DNA of 64,000 nucleotides from Octopus sinensis (GCF_006345805.1 NC_043004.1:52762001-52826000); one strand, 5' to 3'; numbered from the stretch's first letter, positions 12,891-26,435 are shown. The notes: generated by a model not told the origin, from the letters alone. Numbers and translations are program-made.

Positions 12891-14402
12891 TCCTTATACT
12901 ATCTGTATAATAATATTAATACTCCAAGTATGTAATTTATAAATATTTTAATGCATCGCTACGCACGTTTTCAGTAATCTTGCGAACAATTGCGTCCGAC
13001 GTTCTAGGACTAGTAATGGAAACCATTCCGTAGACTGATACTCGACTTCTGTGATATTGATTTCCAAAACGGAAAGGGGTATAGCTCAATACCAGAAACT
13101 ATTTCTTGTTTTTGGAGAGAAATATGCTATACCTTCCTCACTTTATTCCACATAATTAATTGCAAAATCTCTCAATTAACAATTGTTCAGGCTTAGCTAA
13201 TTACATTGCATTGTTTCTATTTAAATTGAAGCCTTCACTGGCGTAGATTCCTATGGGGTCTCTCTTACAGTCATGGGATTATACTTTCCTCCGAGCTAAT
13301 TACATACTTATATCCTCTGAGTGTTTCCCTTAAATATTTCGATAACTTCACAATTTCATTATTATACTGATGATAACACACACAATTCAATAGCTCAAAT
13401 GTAGCAGAAGAAAATTTTGCCTTTCATCCGTCCAAGGATGTTGAATTTAGTATCTGTAAAGTACAAAGATTTATTTAATCTACAATGCACTGATTGTACA
13501 TCTGTGGCATTATACCAAGCGTAGAATAAAAAAAACTAATAGTGTTGTTGTTCTTGTTGTTTAACCCTCGGTTACATCTGACTGAGTAGACTTATGATCG
13601 TACTTAAGCTATGATCAGTTTCTTATTTTAGAAGTATATAATTAAACAGTAAAACAGTAAATATATTAACTATTGCAGAGAATGTATGCTGTCTGTGTAA
13701 AACCGAAGACAACATTAAGATTTAGCTGAAATACACGAAATACAATTGCTCTTATGCTCACCAAGTAGCTCTGTGTGAAACAAGAATTCTTTTGATTTTG
13801 ATATGTCTATAAAAAGAGCATTGTAAAAAAAATCTATAGTTACCATCTGCAGCATAGTGTATTACGGGAGCTATTAAAATACTACTTTAAATTCATTCAC
13901 CAAACAAGCTGACAAGAAAGTATAATATACACAAATCCGATAGACGGATTTACGTAAGCCCTTTCTAATACTGGCTTAAGAAACAATGTTTCAGTAGACT
14001 CTTAAAGATGTTATTCATGCTTCTATGATATTCCATCATTTGATTGAGTCTAGCCTCAATGACAGCATTTTCAGTTCAAAAAATCTTATAGTTTTTGCTA
14101 AAATCAGGAGGAATCTACTAAAATAAAGCATCGAATCAAAACATTACAAATGGCAGCTACTAAGACGGTGCAACATCATATTTGCACCAAGTGTGCTGAC
14201 GGGTGTACAAAACTGATTTCCGTTCTGTTTAACAAACAGTGAATCTCAAAAAACATCTCTATTTGTCTACGAGAAAATGATTTTAAGAACGATAAGCGAA
14301 CGGCCAGATCTCTTTCTAGCATGTGAACAAGAAAACTACTAATTTAGCTAATTATATCTGGAACCTGAAGGCCAAAAGTGTCCCATATATCATCAAGTAG
14401 AG

Positions 14403-14739
14403 CAATGGTTCTCTACTGAGGTCCATATAGCTTGTGAGGGGCCATATAAGATTTTTCTGGGGTCCACATAACAAAATAAATTGGGGATGCACAATAATAT
14501 ATTAATGGCGTCTGAAAACATTTGCGTTATGTGTATGTATTGGCATGTATTCCGAAAAACAACTACGTTTCTTCCTCTAACATTTTACATCGTTCAAGTT
14601 AATGTGTGGAAAACAAAATAGGAATTTTGAAAGAAATATCTATAAAACGAGTTTTTAAGCATCGAATGGCGATTGGGGTCCAGTAGAATGAAATAATAAT
14701 CAAAGGGCTCTATAGATAAAAATTGGTTGAGAAACCCTA
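14403..14739. mobile_element. hAT (Charlie-like) MITE
   Basis: Termini caatggttctctac / gttgagaaacccta; 8-bp TSD aagtagag / atgtagaa (6/8, TAGA core). Confidence 0.75.
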
Positions 14740-15297
14740 ATGTAGAACATGGTTGGGCAAATCAAGCCACACATTCATGGGTCAATGATGTGTAGCTTTT
14801 GTATAACTGAAACAACTTTTTTCCATTTTACATCTAAATATTACACCGACCTACTTAATTCCATATCAGAGATTTTACTACATACAGTTATCTCGACAAG
14901 TTGGAATTACCGAACTAAAGGATACGAGCCTCTCCGTATTCTATCTCACAGACAATGTAGGGTATAGGTCTATTCAATTATAGTTAATTTCCACTCAGAT
15001 GGACTAAACCAACATGTGACTTTTCCCTCTGTACTCCTTTTATCGTCTACTTTTTTCGTTTACTTTTTTCTCTTGTTCTTCCTCCCTGTTCCTCACAGAG
15101 TGGCTATGTTTTATTTAGAGCCTGGAAGTTACAGCATAGTACACAGCACGCTATACAAATATATCCGAATATTGGACAAGCAGCAAAATGAAACCTGTAG
15201 TAGCATGTGTGTTTAAAAATGATATTTATATCTTGCTGGAGAGTATAGTTTTGTTGACCTGACAAATAGTGGAACAGTTAATTACACACACACACAT

Positions 15298-15346
<49 letters not shown>

Positions 15347-15349
<3 letters not shown>

Positions 15350-15555
15350 TCTTTACTCTTTTACTTGTTTCAGTCATTTGACTGCGCCATGCTGAAGCAC
15401 CGCCTTTAATCGAGCAACTCGACCCCGGGACTTATTATTTTGTAAGACCAGTACTTATTCTATCGGGCTCTTTTGCCGAACCGCTAAGTAACGGGGATAT
15501 AAACACTCCAGCATCGGTTGTCAAGCAATGCTAAGGGGAAAACACAGAAACACAA

Positions 15556-15626
<71 letters not shown>

Positions 15627-15786
15627 TACGACGGACTTCTTTCAGTTTCCGTCTACCAAATCCACTCACAAGGCTTTGGTCGGACCGAGGCTATAGTAGA
15701 AGACACTTGCCCAAGGTGCCACGCAGTGGGACTGAACCCGGAACCATGTGGTTGGTAAACAAGCTACTTACCACACAGCAACTCCT
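15347..15786 (-). mobile_element. SINE family 1 (tRNA-derived CORE-type, octopus OR-like)
   Basis: B box ggttcagtccc, CORE-like ggcaccttgggcaagt, internal (TA)n(TG)n, tail tgactgaaacaagtaaaagagtaaagagta. Confidence 0.88.
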
Positions 15787-16610
15787 AGAGGTACAGTTTT
15801 AAAAGTTTATGACACGGGGGGGGGGTCTTTCTTTGCAAATGAAGATTGTTCCTACGTTTGTAAAGAGTCTTGCTTTTGAGTTTACTGTCTTGTTGCGAAA
15901 CTGCCTTGATTTAACAGATTCGTGATCAAAGGGCTTCGAAGCGAGTATCATCTGATTTGTATTTAGGAATTGAGCACTTCCAAATATGTATGTATTCTTT
16001 TGTAATGCGGCTGGATGGCATTACACTATTTCTTTAAAATCGAACGACAACATTGATACCGCTACCTCGTCGGTTTGTATAAAATCTGGCAAATATTATA
16101 TATTGAGTTTGATGGATCTTGAGCTGAAATAAAAGTGCTATAAATATGTCATGTTGAGAGAATGTTTCTCTGGTTCGATAGGTAATAGATTAGAACCATT
16201 GAGGAGAGTAAGTAGCAGTGTCATAAGTTTAATCCTGCAATTAATAACAGTAACTCCATTAATGCTTTCGTAAATAATGAATGAACAAGAAAAAAATGCT
16301 ATTCGGATCTAACTTTATATATGATTCTTAGATTCACTTATAAAGTTTTATGGGGAGGCACGGCTTAGACACGAGTTGTCTTCATCGATATAGACATATA
16401 CTTCATGTTTAATAACCAAAACGTGACATTATAGAATTATATCTCATGCTACGTTTATATTTGGCTCCTGTTTCTTAAAACACTTTTCAATTAATTGTCT
16501 ATTTTATTGTTTGTTCTCACCGCAACGTTATTCAATCTTATCAAGTGAATATACCGCACAATTTTTATAATCAATGCCTTATCTGTAGATACAAAAACAG
16601 AATAGTAATA

Positions 16611-16668
<58 letters not shown>

Positions 16669-16681
16669 TATAAAAATAACG

Positions 16682-16714
<33 letters not shown>

Positions 16715-17497
16715 GTTATTATTATTATTATTGTTATCATTATTATTATTATTGCTATTATTACTTTTATTATTATTATTATTATTATGGTAAAATGGTA
16801 CATATATTATATTCTGAGAATCAATAACATCAACGGAAGAATTGCATATATATATATATATATTATATATAAACCAGCTTAGAGAAGAAGAAGTTAAACG
16901 AAACGAAACGAATCGAATCGAATCGACGCGAAGGCGCTCAGTCAAACAATAGTGTAATAAATAAAATAAAGTAAATGTTTCTTCCTGCGCTCGTGAAATT
17001 TTTGTCCTCGTCAAGGCTTATAGGCCCTCATTATTTGTTTTCCTGTCCTGTTTCTATTCCTTCTTGTACTGTATATTTTGTAATTGTATTTTTATTTTGT
17101 ATTTGTTTTTGACTGTATTGTTTTTACGCCCTGTTTTTGTCACATTTGTTTCCTTGTTTTTACCCCTCTGCAAAGGAATTTGATTTAATTCTTCCGCAGG
17201 AAGGACTAGTTCGTGGAGACGTGTTCTGTCCTCACCTTCGAAACACGCTGGAGTTGAACTAGGAACAGCTGATGAAGGGAATTTTTCCTTGTGTAGTTGT
17301 CTTGTACTCTGTTTTTTCGTTGTTAAAAAAATGGCCCGTTCGACGCTGTTTTTACTTTTTCGTTTCTCGTTGAGTTCTACGTCTATTTGTGGTGTCCTGT
17401 ACACACGTATATATATTTATATATGCATGTATATATATACATGTAGATGTAGGTACGTACATATATGTTTGTATGTATGCATATATTTTATTTATTA

Positions 17498-17540
<43 letters not shown>

Positions 17541-17563
17541 CGTGATATGTAACTTGCTCTAAA

Positions 17564-17607
<44 letters not shown>

Positions 17608-18012
17608 TTACATACATACATACTTACATACAACATACATACATACATACATACATACATACATACATACATACATACATGCATACATACATACATGCAT
17701 GTATGGTTACGGGACGTCTTTAACGGTGAAAATAACATGAAATACGTTAAGAAGCGAGGGAAACCTGAGTGAAATACGTAGACGAGAAGTTAGAAAAGGG
17801 CACAGGTTGAATGCTCAAAATGGGGTGCAGATGGACAGCCGATAACTAATGAAGGGTCCTTTCCTTGTGTTAAATCGTCCTGTTTTCCTTTTTCTTTTGT
17901 CGTTGTTTACGTATTTCACTCACTTTCCCCTCGTTTGTTTACATATTTCACGTTATTTGCATCGTTGGTGATATCCTGTACCCATTTATGCATGCATATA
18001 TATATATATATA

Positions 18013-18054
<42 letters not shown>

Positions 18055-18058
18055 ATAC

Positions 18059-18089
<31 letters not shown>

Positions 18090-18119
18090 CATGCATACAA
18101 ACACACCATACATATATAT

Positions 18120-18175
<56 letters not shown>

Positions 18176-18190
18176 ACGATCAGTTAGTTG

Positions 18191-18256
18191 TTAAAATAAA
18201 ATTCAAGTTTCAGATGTTGGGGCTGAAGTCTGCTCCGACATCTCGTCAGTTATTAA
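18191..18256 (-). ncRNA. Decayed minimal type I hammerhead-like motif
   Basis: Minus strand: aataa-CUGACGA-gatgt(c)gg...cc(a)acatc-u-GAAA-cttgaa-UU-ttatt; extra U before GAAA, stem III mismatch, U at position 17. Confidence 0.45.
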
Positions 18257-18474
18257 GAAAAACCGTTGTATAATAGGAAGTTATTCCAATAGGTGTGGAG
18301 AAGTAATGTACGAATGTATATATTATATATAATATATATATATATAATATATATATATATATACGAGTTAAGTTTGTATCCGTTGTACTTATCTCAGCCT
18401 CCAAACATATATGAACGTATATACGTTTGTATATCTGCAGTGTAGGTGTTGTTTGACAGACATGAGGGTGTATT

Positions 18475-18545
<71 letters not shown>

Positions 18546-19244
18546 CCCTATACATACACAACTCGTATGTATATTCAAGATTTGCGCGGTTTGAATGAGT
18601 TTACGGTTTATGTTTTTGCGTATGTGTGTATGTATATTTGTGCATATATATGCATATGCGTATATATGTGCATGTGCATATAAAGATGTGTACATAAAAA
18701 TAATGATATGTGCATGGGCTCGTATACGTGTGTATCTCGACTACTTACAATTGCAGTGTACTTTCTACAAGTGTATGCAAATTATAAACGCTCTTTTGCC
18801 CTATTCCAGGGATTTGATTTACATGTTAGTGTAAATACTCAAAAATTTAGGAGCTGATATTCCGAAGAATATACTGGGAGCAAATGAATACAACTCCTCA
18901 ATATAAGCATAGGCTGAAGAAGAGTACTTAGCCGTTATCGCCACATACAAGAGGTAAGGAATAATGAGTACGGAGTGAAAACAAAAGCTGTAAATTAATA
19001 TTTAACCATCACAATGTCGAAGTTACTTACAGCCGCTATTCATCAATAACAGCACTAAAGAGTATTGGGAAATGGATAAATAATGTTGCTATTTCTCTGC
19101 TGTTCTTTATGTTCTGAGTTAAAATACCTTCATCTTTCAAGTGGACCGATGATATACAACACTCTTCAAGCATTCGAATTCATGGTATATACTAATATAT
19201 GCCTCTGAAGACTGCTGATCTTATGCATATATATATGTATATTT

Positions 19245-19291
<47 letters not shown>

Positions 19292-19474
19292 ATATATATA
19301 TATATATAGATATATATATATATGTATGTCTATATGTGTATATTTTGAAAATATAAATATATGTTTTTATACTCACGCTCACACGTTCATATACATATAT
19401 ATTTTTTTATTTCTAGTTTCAGCTCAGAGCTGCTGTCATGCTGATGCACCGTCGTTATATATATATTATATATA

Positions 19475-19514
<40 letters not shown>

Positions 19515-19534
19515 GGCCATCAATTCGGGTTAGT

Positions 19535-19705
19535 GCAGTAAGTCAATCACATCAACCCCACTGTTGAACTGATATTAATTTATAGATACTGAAAGGATGA
19601 AAAGCAAAGTCTACTTCAAATGAATTTGAACTCAGAGCATAGAGACGGATGAAATATCGCTAAGCATTTAACCCAGTGTGCTAACGATTCTGCCACCTCG
19701 CCGCC
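19535..19705 (-). mobile_element. SINE family 3
   Basis: Reverse complement reads ggcggcgaggtggcagaatcgttagcac...gagttcaaattc...tttcatcctttc. Confidence 0.8.
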
Positions 19706-20929
19706 GTCCTGACGCACTTATTACAAACTAACTGTCGTTTGCTTGGTTATGAAGTTTGGCTGGCTGAAAACATTACGTATTGCTTTTCATCATTTAGGCA
19801 AAGAATTCATTCAGATCAACTGTGTTGTATTTTTAAAGAAATTCCAATCACCCTATAGCATTTGAGGAACTTCCAGTTATGAAACGTTTTATATAAGTAC
19901 AGTTAAGATAATTAGCTTCCCATATTTTCGGAGTTTGTAAGTTGATCGCAGTATTATAATTTCTTATATCTTTGATATATATAAACTTAGGAAACATTTA
20001 ATTGGTTGTTATACATAAAGTTATCTACAAACCCTCATGTCTCTGAGTGAAAATAGAAAAACAGATTATAATATGCATATGAATAGCACAATTTTGATTG
20101 AATTTAATTTAATCACGATTTCACAGCAATATAATACAAACAAGGAGTTGCGCTCCACCATGTGTGCGTGTGTGCGTGTGTTTGAGTGCATGTATGTGTA
20201 CGTATGTGTATATGTGCGTGTGTGTGTGTGAGTGCATGTTTGTGCGTGTGTGCTCGCGTGTGTAGCTATACCTGTACACACAACCATCTTCATCTATCTA
20301 ACGATGTATCTATATTTATGTTTACGTGTACGTATATCAGAAAAGAAAAGAGAGGCAGAATCTTAACGACATCCACTATCGTTACTATAATCTCACACAC
20401 ACGTACATACACATACATTTTATATACTTAAACATACATACATACATATATATATATAAAAATAAATATATATATATAATATATATATATATTGTTGTGG
20501 TGTGTGTGTGTGTGTGTATGTATATGTATTTTATATATATATACATATATATGTATATATATATACACATATATATACATACTAATATATATATATATGT
20601 CTGCATGTACTATATGTCTATGTGTGTGTATATATGTGCATACATTTATGGATATACACATAAATAATCATACATAGATATATATACACACGCACAAAAC
20701 GCTCGCCAAACCCCCACACGCAAACATATCCATTTTTACATCAAGATCGAGAATATTTAAGAAATTTACTAAATGAGAACAGCAAAAAATAAATAAATAA
20801 ATAAACATTAAAAAAATAGAAAAAACAAATACACGGCTATTGTCTTCGACAATCATCTAAGAGTTCTCATCTACTTCAGTTACTGTTAAGTGGATGAGAA
20901 AGAGTGTCAAAATTAATAACGAAAACAAT

Positions 20930-21124
20930 AAACAACATCGGTAATGACGTTGATGTTGATTGTGATGATAATGATGAGGATGATGATGATGATGATGATG
21001 ATATGATGATGATGATGATGATGATGATGACGTTGATTCATGATGATGATGGTGGAAGTAGTAGTAGTAGTAGTTGTCGTTGTTGTTGTTGTTGTAATAG
21101 TAGTAGTAGTAATTGTTGTTGTAA

Positions 21125-21157
<33 letters not shown>

Positions 21158-21462
21158 CAGTAGTAGTAGTAGCAGTAATGATGATAAAAATAATAATGTT
21201 TATTATATTGTGATAATGATGATAATAATAATAATAATAATATAATAATAATATAATAATAATAATAATAATAATAATATAATAAAAATAATAATAATAA
21301 TAATATAATAATAATAATATAATAATAAAAATAATAATAATATAATAATAATAGTAATAATATTAATAATAATGATATAATAACAATAATAATAATAATA
21401 AAAATATAATAATAATAATAATAAAATTAGTAATAATAATAATAATAATAATAATAATAGTA

Positions 21463-21529
<67 letters not shown>

Positions 21530-21555
21530 CAACAACAACAATAATATTCTAAAAC
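20930..21555. repeat. Compound trinucleotide field (GAT)(AGT)(GTT)(AAT)n
   Basis: Successive trinucleotide runs; comparable (AAT)n tracts at 16605-16790, 27570-27740, 30235-30400, 49635-49763 and 50818-50940. Confidence 0.95.
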
Positions 21556-22020
21556 AATAAATCATAGCTTATTAATCATCTTTGTATATATTAGTCTTTT
21601 TGCTTGTCTTCTTCGAATATTTGCTTGTTTAAAAAAAAATAGCGAAATAGGGTGAGATAATCGATAGCCATCAAAGACATGAATATTGATTAAGTTTAAA
21701 AATTAAGCAATATATTTCATTCGCACATTTACATGAATTTGCATAGCAGTATATGCATAGGAACATACACGTATAGACCTATACATTTGTCAATGTGTGT
21801 GCACGTGTCCGTTTGTGGTGTGTTTTAATGCATACGTCGTTGTGTTTGTGTATCAGTGTGTTATTTTACACGCGAGAAACTCTCGTGTTTGTGTTGATAA
21901 ATACATATACTTACATACGCTATCTTCTATCGACATTTATTACTCGAACCGTAATGATCTATCATTCATATATATATATATATATTATATATATATTATA
22001 TATATATAATATATATATAT

Positions 22021-22055
<35 letters not shown>

Positions 22056-22069
22056 CATACATACATACA

Positions 22070-22103
<34 letters not shown>

Positions 22104-22311
22104 CATACATATATATATATATACGTATCATATATGCTTATATATATAAAGATATATGTGTGTATACACTTCCTTGCCTGTCTGACTGTCTATCTAATTA
22201 TCTATATATAAAATCTATCTTACCTCCCTCCGTCACCCACTCTTTCTCTCTTTCTCGTTATATATAAGTGTGTTTGTGTCTGTGTATGTGTGCGTGCGTG
22301 TGTATGTATAT

Positions 22312-22348
<37 letters not shown>

Positions 22349-23091
22349 TCATATATAATATTTATATGTAATATATATCAATATATATAGATAATATGAT
22401 ATATATATATATTTATATATTATATAATATAATATTACACAAAGGGGGGAGACCTACACAGAGACGCAAACACTCACACTCACACATATACATGCACACA
22501 CACATACACAAACACGTATATATATATATATATACATGTACTTGACTGTTGCACATGTATCCAGTTGTGTGCGTTTGCAAATTTCATTCTAATAAATTGA
22601 ATATTTGTAAGAAATTATATTCTGTATTATGTAAGGATAGAAAGTAATTAAAAATGTAAAAACTTCAGTACAAAATAATTGAAATTCAGGTACTAATAAA
22701 CAAATTTTGTAAGCAAATTGCGTGTAAATATGATTGCAGCTAAGTTTATGAACATATTTATCCGCATTTATTAAGGTATATGTTTGTGTATATGCAGGTT
22801 ATTTTGTGGATGTGAGCACGTGAACAATCTGGTGGAATTTGATGAATGTAAAATTTGATCTGTTTCTCCATAGCCGAGATATTTCTTTACTTCGAAAACA
22901 ATGGCCAACGGCGCATCTTGTCCAATCGCATGGTATTAATTAGGATGTGTGTCTTGTGTCATCATTTAATTTCGGTTATATATGCATGTGTATAGAAATA
23001 CATATAATATACTTACATGGATGTTTCTATACACGCACACAAAGATGCCTACGTGAATACTTACATCCATTTGCATGTGCCTATCTCTCTA

Positions 23092-23143
<52 letters not shown>

Positions 23144-23379
23144 TATAAGTATATGCATGAATACGCATGCGTATGTATGTATATATATGTATGTTTGTGC
23201 ATGTATGTATATATACATATACATAGATAGATCGACACATAGAAATCATATATATACATATATATACATATTTATATATAGATATGTACATATATATATA
23301 TATATATATACATAAGCATATGTATATATATGGATATATGCGTGCATAGACGCGCACACGCATATACATATATTATAGT

Positions 23380-23411
<32 letters not shown>

Positions 23412-23460
23412 TTTATATATATATATAGATGATAGATAATAAATATATATATATATATAT

Positions 23461-23504
<44 letters not shown>

Positions 23505-23878
23505 GTATATTCATACAAAGGTGTATCTGTTTGACTGTACGCAACTCCTCAGAGCATTTTCCTCAGAAGTTTAAGTACGCAAAAATTTTACAGGTTGTTA
23601 AAGTCCTCGAGACAGTTTACTGTTTGAAGTGAATACGTCATTTCTTGCTTATTTAGATGCTTTAATTTACAAGCTTTCCCTTGAGGCATATTTTTACTTA
23701 CGAAAGTAAAACCGTGACTAAATATTTATAGGTACATATACAACATCGGTGCAATGTATTTTCTTCCTACATATATACGTGTCTGTCTGTCTCCCTGGGC
23801 ATATATATATATATTTGTGTGTGTATACACATATATGTGTGTGTGCGTGTGTGTGTGTAAATACATATATATATATGA

Positions 23879-23912
<34 letters not shown>

Positions 23913-24240
23913 AATGCCTTCTGGCATGTATGTATAATGCCCTCTATATATAAATTAATATGTTCAATAAGAAATAATTATTTTCGAAATTTTTTCTCTT
24001 ATGAGGTTTTTACGCTATCTACCTGACAATTTCTTGTTAAGTTTTCCTTATTAAGTAGTTGTCCTTAATTGCTAAATTTTTATTCCCAAAAAAATTTTCC
24101 TCTCCCGAAATGCAATTCGTAAAAGTTTGCCATTTATCCGGATGTAATATATGTAAACTCACCCATGTGCTTCGTTGATGTCGAGCAGTTAGCTGATCGG
24201 CTTAAGCGGGGCAGGGTCGTTGTTTATTTATAATACATTC

Positions 24241-24288
24241 AGGCCTGCTGATGAGTACGTAAGTATGAAATCACTGTGATACAGGTCT
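24241..24288 (+). ncRNA. Type I hammerhead ribozyme, unit 1
   Basis: aggcctg-CUGAUGA-gtac[gtaa]gtat-GAAA-tca[ctg]tga-UA-caggtct; stem I 7 bp, stem II 4 bp + GNRA loop, stem III 4 bp; predicted cleavage after A24281. Confidence 0.88.
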
Positions 24289-24717
24289 ATTTTTTTTAAA
24301 TGTCTTACTTTGAAAAATTGCATTCGGTGGGATTAGTAATATTGGTAGAAATGACTAATTGTCCCTCTTAGCGTTTGGCATGTATGTATAATGCCTTCTG
24401 GCATGTATGTATAATGCCCTCTATATATAATTAATATGTTCAATAAGAAATAATTATTTTCGAAATTTTTTTCTCTTATGAGGTTTTTACGCTATCTACC
24501 TGACAATTTCTTGTTAAGTTTTCCTTATTAAGTAGTTGTCCTTAATTGCTAAATTTTTATTCCGAAAAAACTTTTCCTCTCCCGAAATACAATTCGTAAA
24601 AGTTTGCCATTTATCCGGATGTAATATATGTAAACTCACCCATGTGCTTCGTTGATGTCGAGCAGTTAGCTGATCGGCTTAAGCGGGGCAGGGTCGTTGT
24701 TTATTTATAATACATTC

Positions 24718-24765
24718 AGGCCTGCTGATGAGTACGTAAGTATGAAATCACTGTGATACAGGTCT
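24718..24765 (+). ncRNA. Type I hammerhead ribozyme, unit 2
   Basis: Identical to unit 1; predicted cleavage after A24758. Confidence 0.88.
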
Positions 24766-25198
24766 ATATTTTTTTTAAATGTCTTACTTTGAAAAATTGC
24801 ATTCGGTGGGATTAGTAATATTTTTGGTAGAAATGACTAATTGTCCCTCTTAGCGTTTGGCATGTATGTATAATGCCTTCTGGCATGTATGTATAATGCC
24901 CTCTATATATAAATCAATATGTTCAATAAGAAATAATTATTTTCGAAATTTTTTCTCTTATGAGGTTTTTACGCTATCTACCTGACAATTTCTTGTTAAG
25001 TTTTCCTTATTAAGTAGTTGTCCTTAATTGCTAAATTTTTATTCCGAAAAAACTTTTCCTCTCCCGAAATGCAATTCGTAAAAGTTTGCCATTTATCCGG
25101 ATGTAAATATGTAAACTCACCCATGTGCTTCGTTGATGTCGAGCAGTTAGCTGATCGGCTTAAGCGGGGCAGGGTCGTTGTTTATTTATAATACATTC

Positions 25199-25246
25199 AG
25201 GCCTGCTGATGAGTACGTAAGTATGAAATCACTGTGATACAGGTCT
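25199..25246 (+). ncRNA. Type I hammerhead ribozyme, unit 3
   Basis: Identical to unit 1. Confidence 0.88.
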
Positions 25247-25680
25247 ATATTTTTTTTAAATGTCTTACTTTGAAAAATTGCATTCGGTGGGATTAGTAAT
25301 ATTTTTGGTAGAAATGACTAATTGTCCCTCTTAGCGTTTGGCATGTATGTATAATGCCTTCTGGCATGTATGTATAATGCCCTCTATATATAAATTAATA
25401 TGTTCAATAAGAAATAATTATTTTCGAAATTTTTTCTCTTATGAGGTTTTTACACTATCTACCTGACAATTTCTTGTTAAGTTTTCCTTATTAAGTAGTT
25501 GTCCTTAATTGCTAAATTTGTATTCCGAAAAAACTTTTCCTCTCCCGAAATGCAATTCGTAAAAGTTTGCCATTTATCCGGATGTAATATATGTAAACTC
25601 ACCCATGTGCTTCGTTGATGTCGAGCAGTTAGCTGATCGGCTTAAGCGGGGCAGGGTCGTTGTTTATTTATAATACATTC

Positions 25681-25728
25681 AGGCCTGCTGATGAGTACGT
25701 AAGTATGAAATCACTGTGATACAGGTCT
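25681..25728 (+). ncRNA. Type I hammerhead ribozyme, unit 4
   Basis: Identical to unit 1. Confidence 0.88.
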
Positions 25729-25980
25729 ATATTTTTTTTAAATGTCTTACTTTCAAAAATTGCATTCGGTGGGATTAGTAATATTTTTGGTAGAAATGAC
25801 TAATTGTCCCTCTTAGCGTTTGGCATGTATGTATAATGCCTTCTGGCATGTATGTATAATGCCCTCTATATATAAATTTATATATATATATATATATATA
25901 TATACATACATACATATATATATACAAACATATATGTATGTAGTATGTATATATATGTGTGTAGAAATGTATATATACCT

Positions 25981-26048
<68 letters not shown>

Positions 26049-26435
26049 GTGTGTGTGTGTCTATACATGTATGTATGCACGTCTGTAAGCATGTTTGTAC
26101 CTATGTACACGCATACCACTTATGTAAGTATTTAGGCGCATTCAAATGTGAGCAAATAGATACCTGCGTACATTTGTTATACATTTTTGTTGGCAGGTAT
26201 AGAGAATGAGAGTGCCAAAGAAAGGTGGTGTACGGATTCACTTCATTGGTACTCGTAGGAACGGAAATACATAGACACACAGACACACACACACACATAC
26301 AAACACATACATACACGCACATACACGCACATACATGCACATATCTGTACACAACCAATTATGCGTAGGTACGACAAGGAAATATTCTGATATGGAGTGA
26401 TTCAAGGTAATTTATCCACCAAATAAACACATCTT

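Larger units (their letters stand above)
23903..25878 (+). mobile_element. Tandem array (4 full ~480-bp units + 54-bp partial) of a non-coding hammerhead-containing monomer; retrozyme-like or solo Penelope terminal-repeat array
   Basis: Unit starts at 23903, 24380, 24862, 25343, 25825 (periods 477, 482, 481, 482); near-identical copies; (TA)n on both sides; no ORF of 60 aa or more inside. Confidence 0.9.

Noticed and set aside
17050-17404. 116-aa minus-strand ORF with a possible exon (17236-17396, AG/GT bounded) and a permuted GAAA...CUGAUGA pair on +
   Set aside because: No recognisable protein, weak acceptor, and the region resembles 17830-17900 (shared ct(g/a)atgaaggg...ttccttgtgt), suggesting a repeat; stems I and III cannot be formed for a hammerhead.
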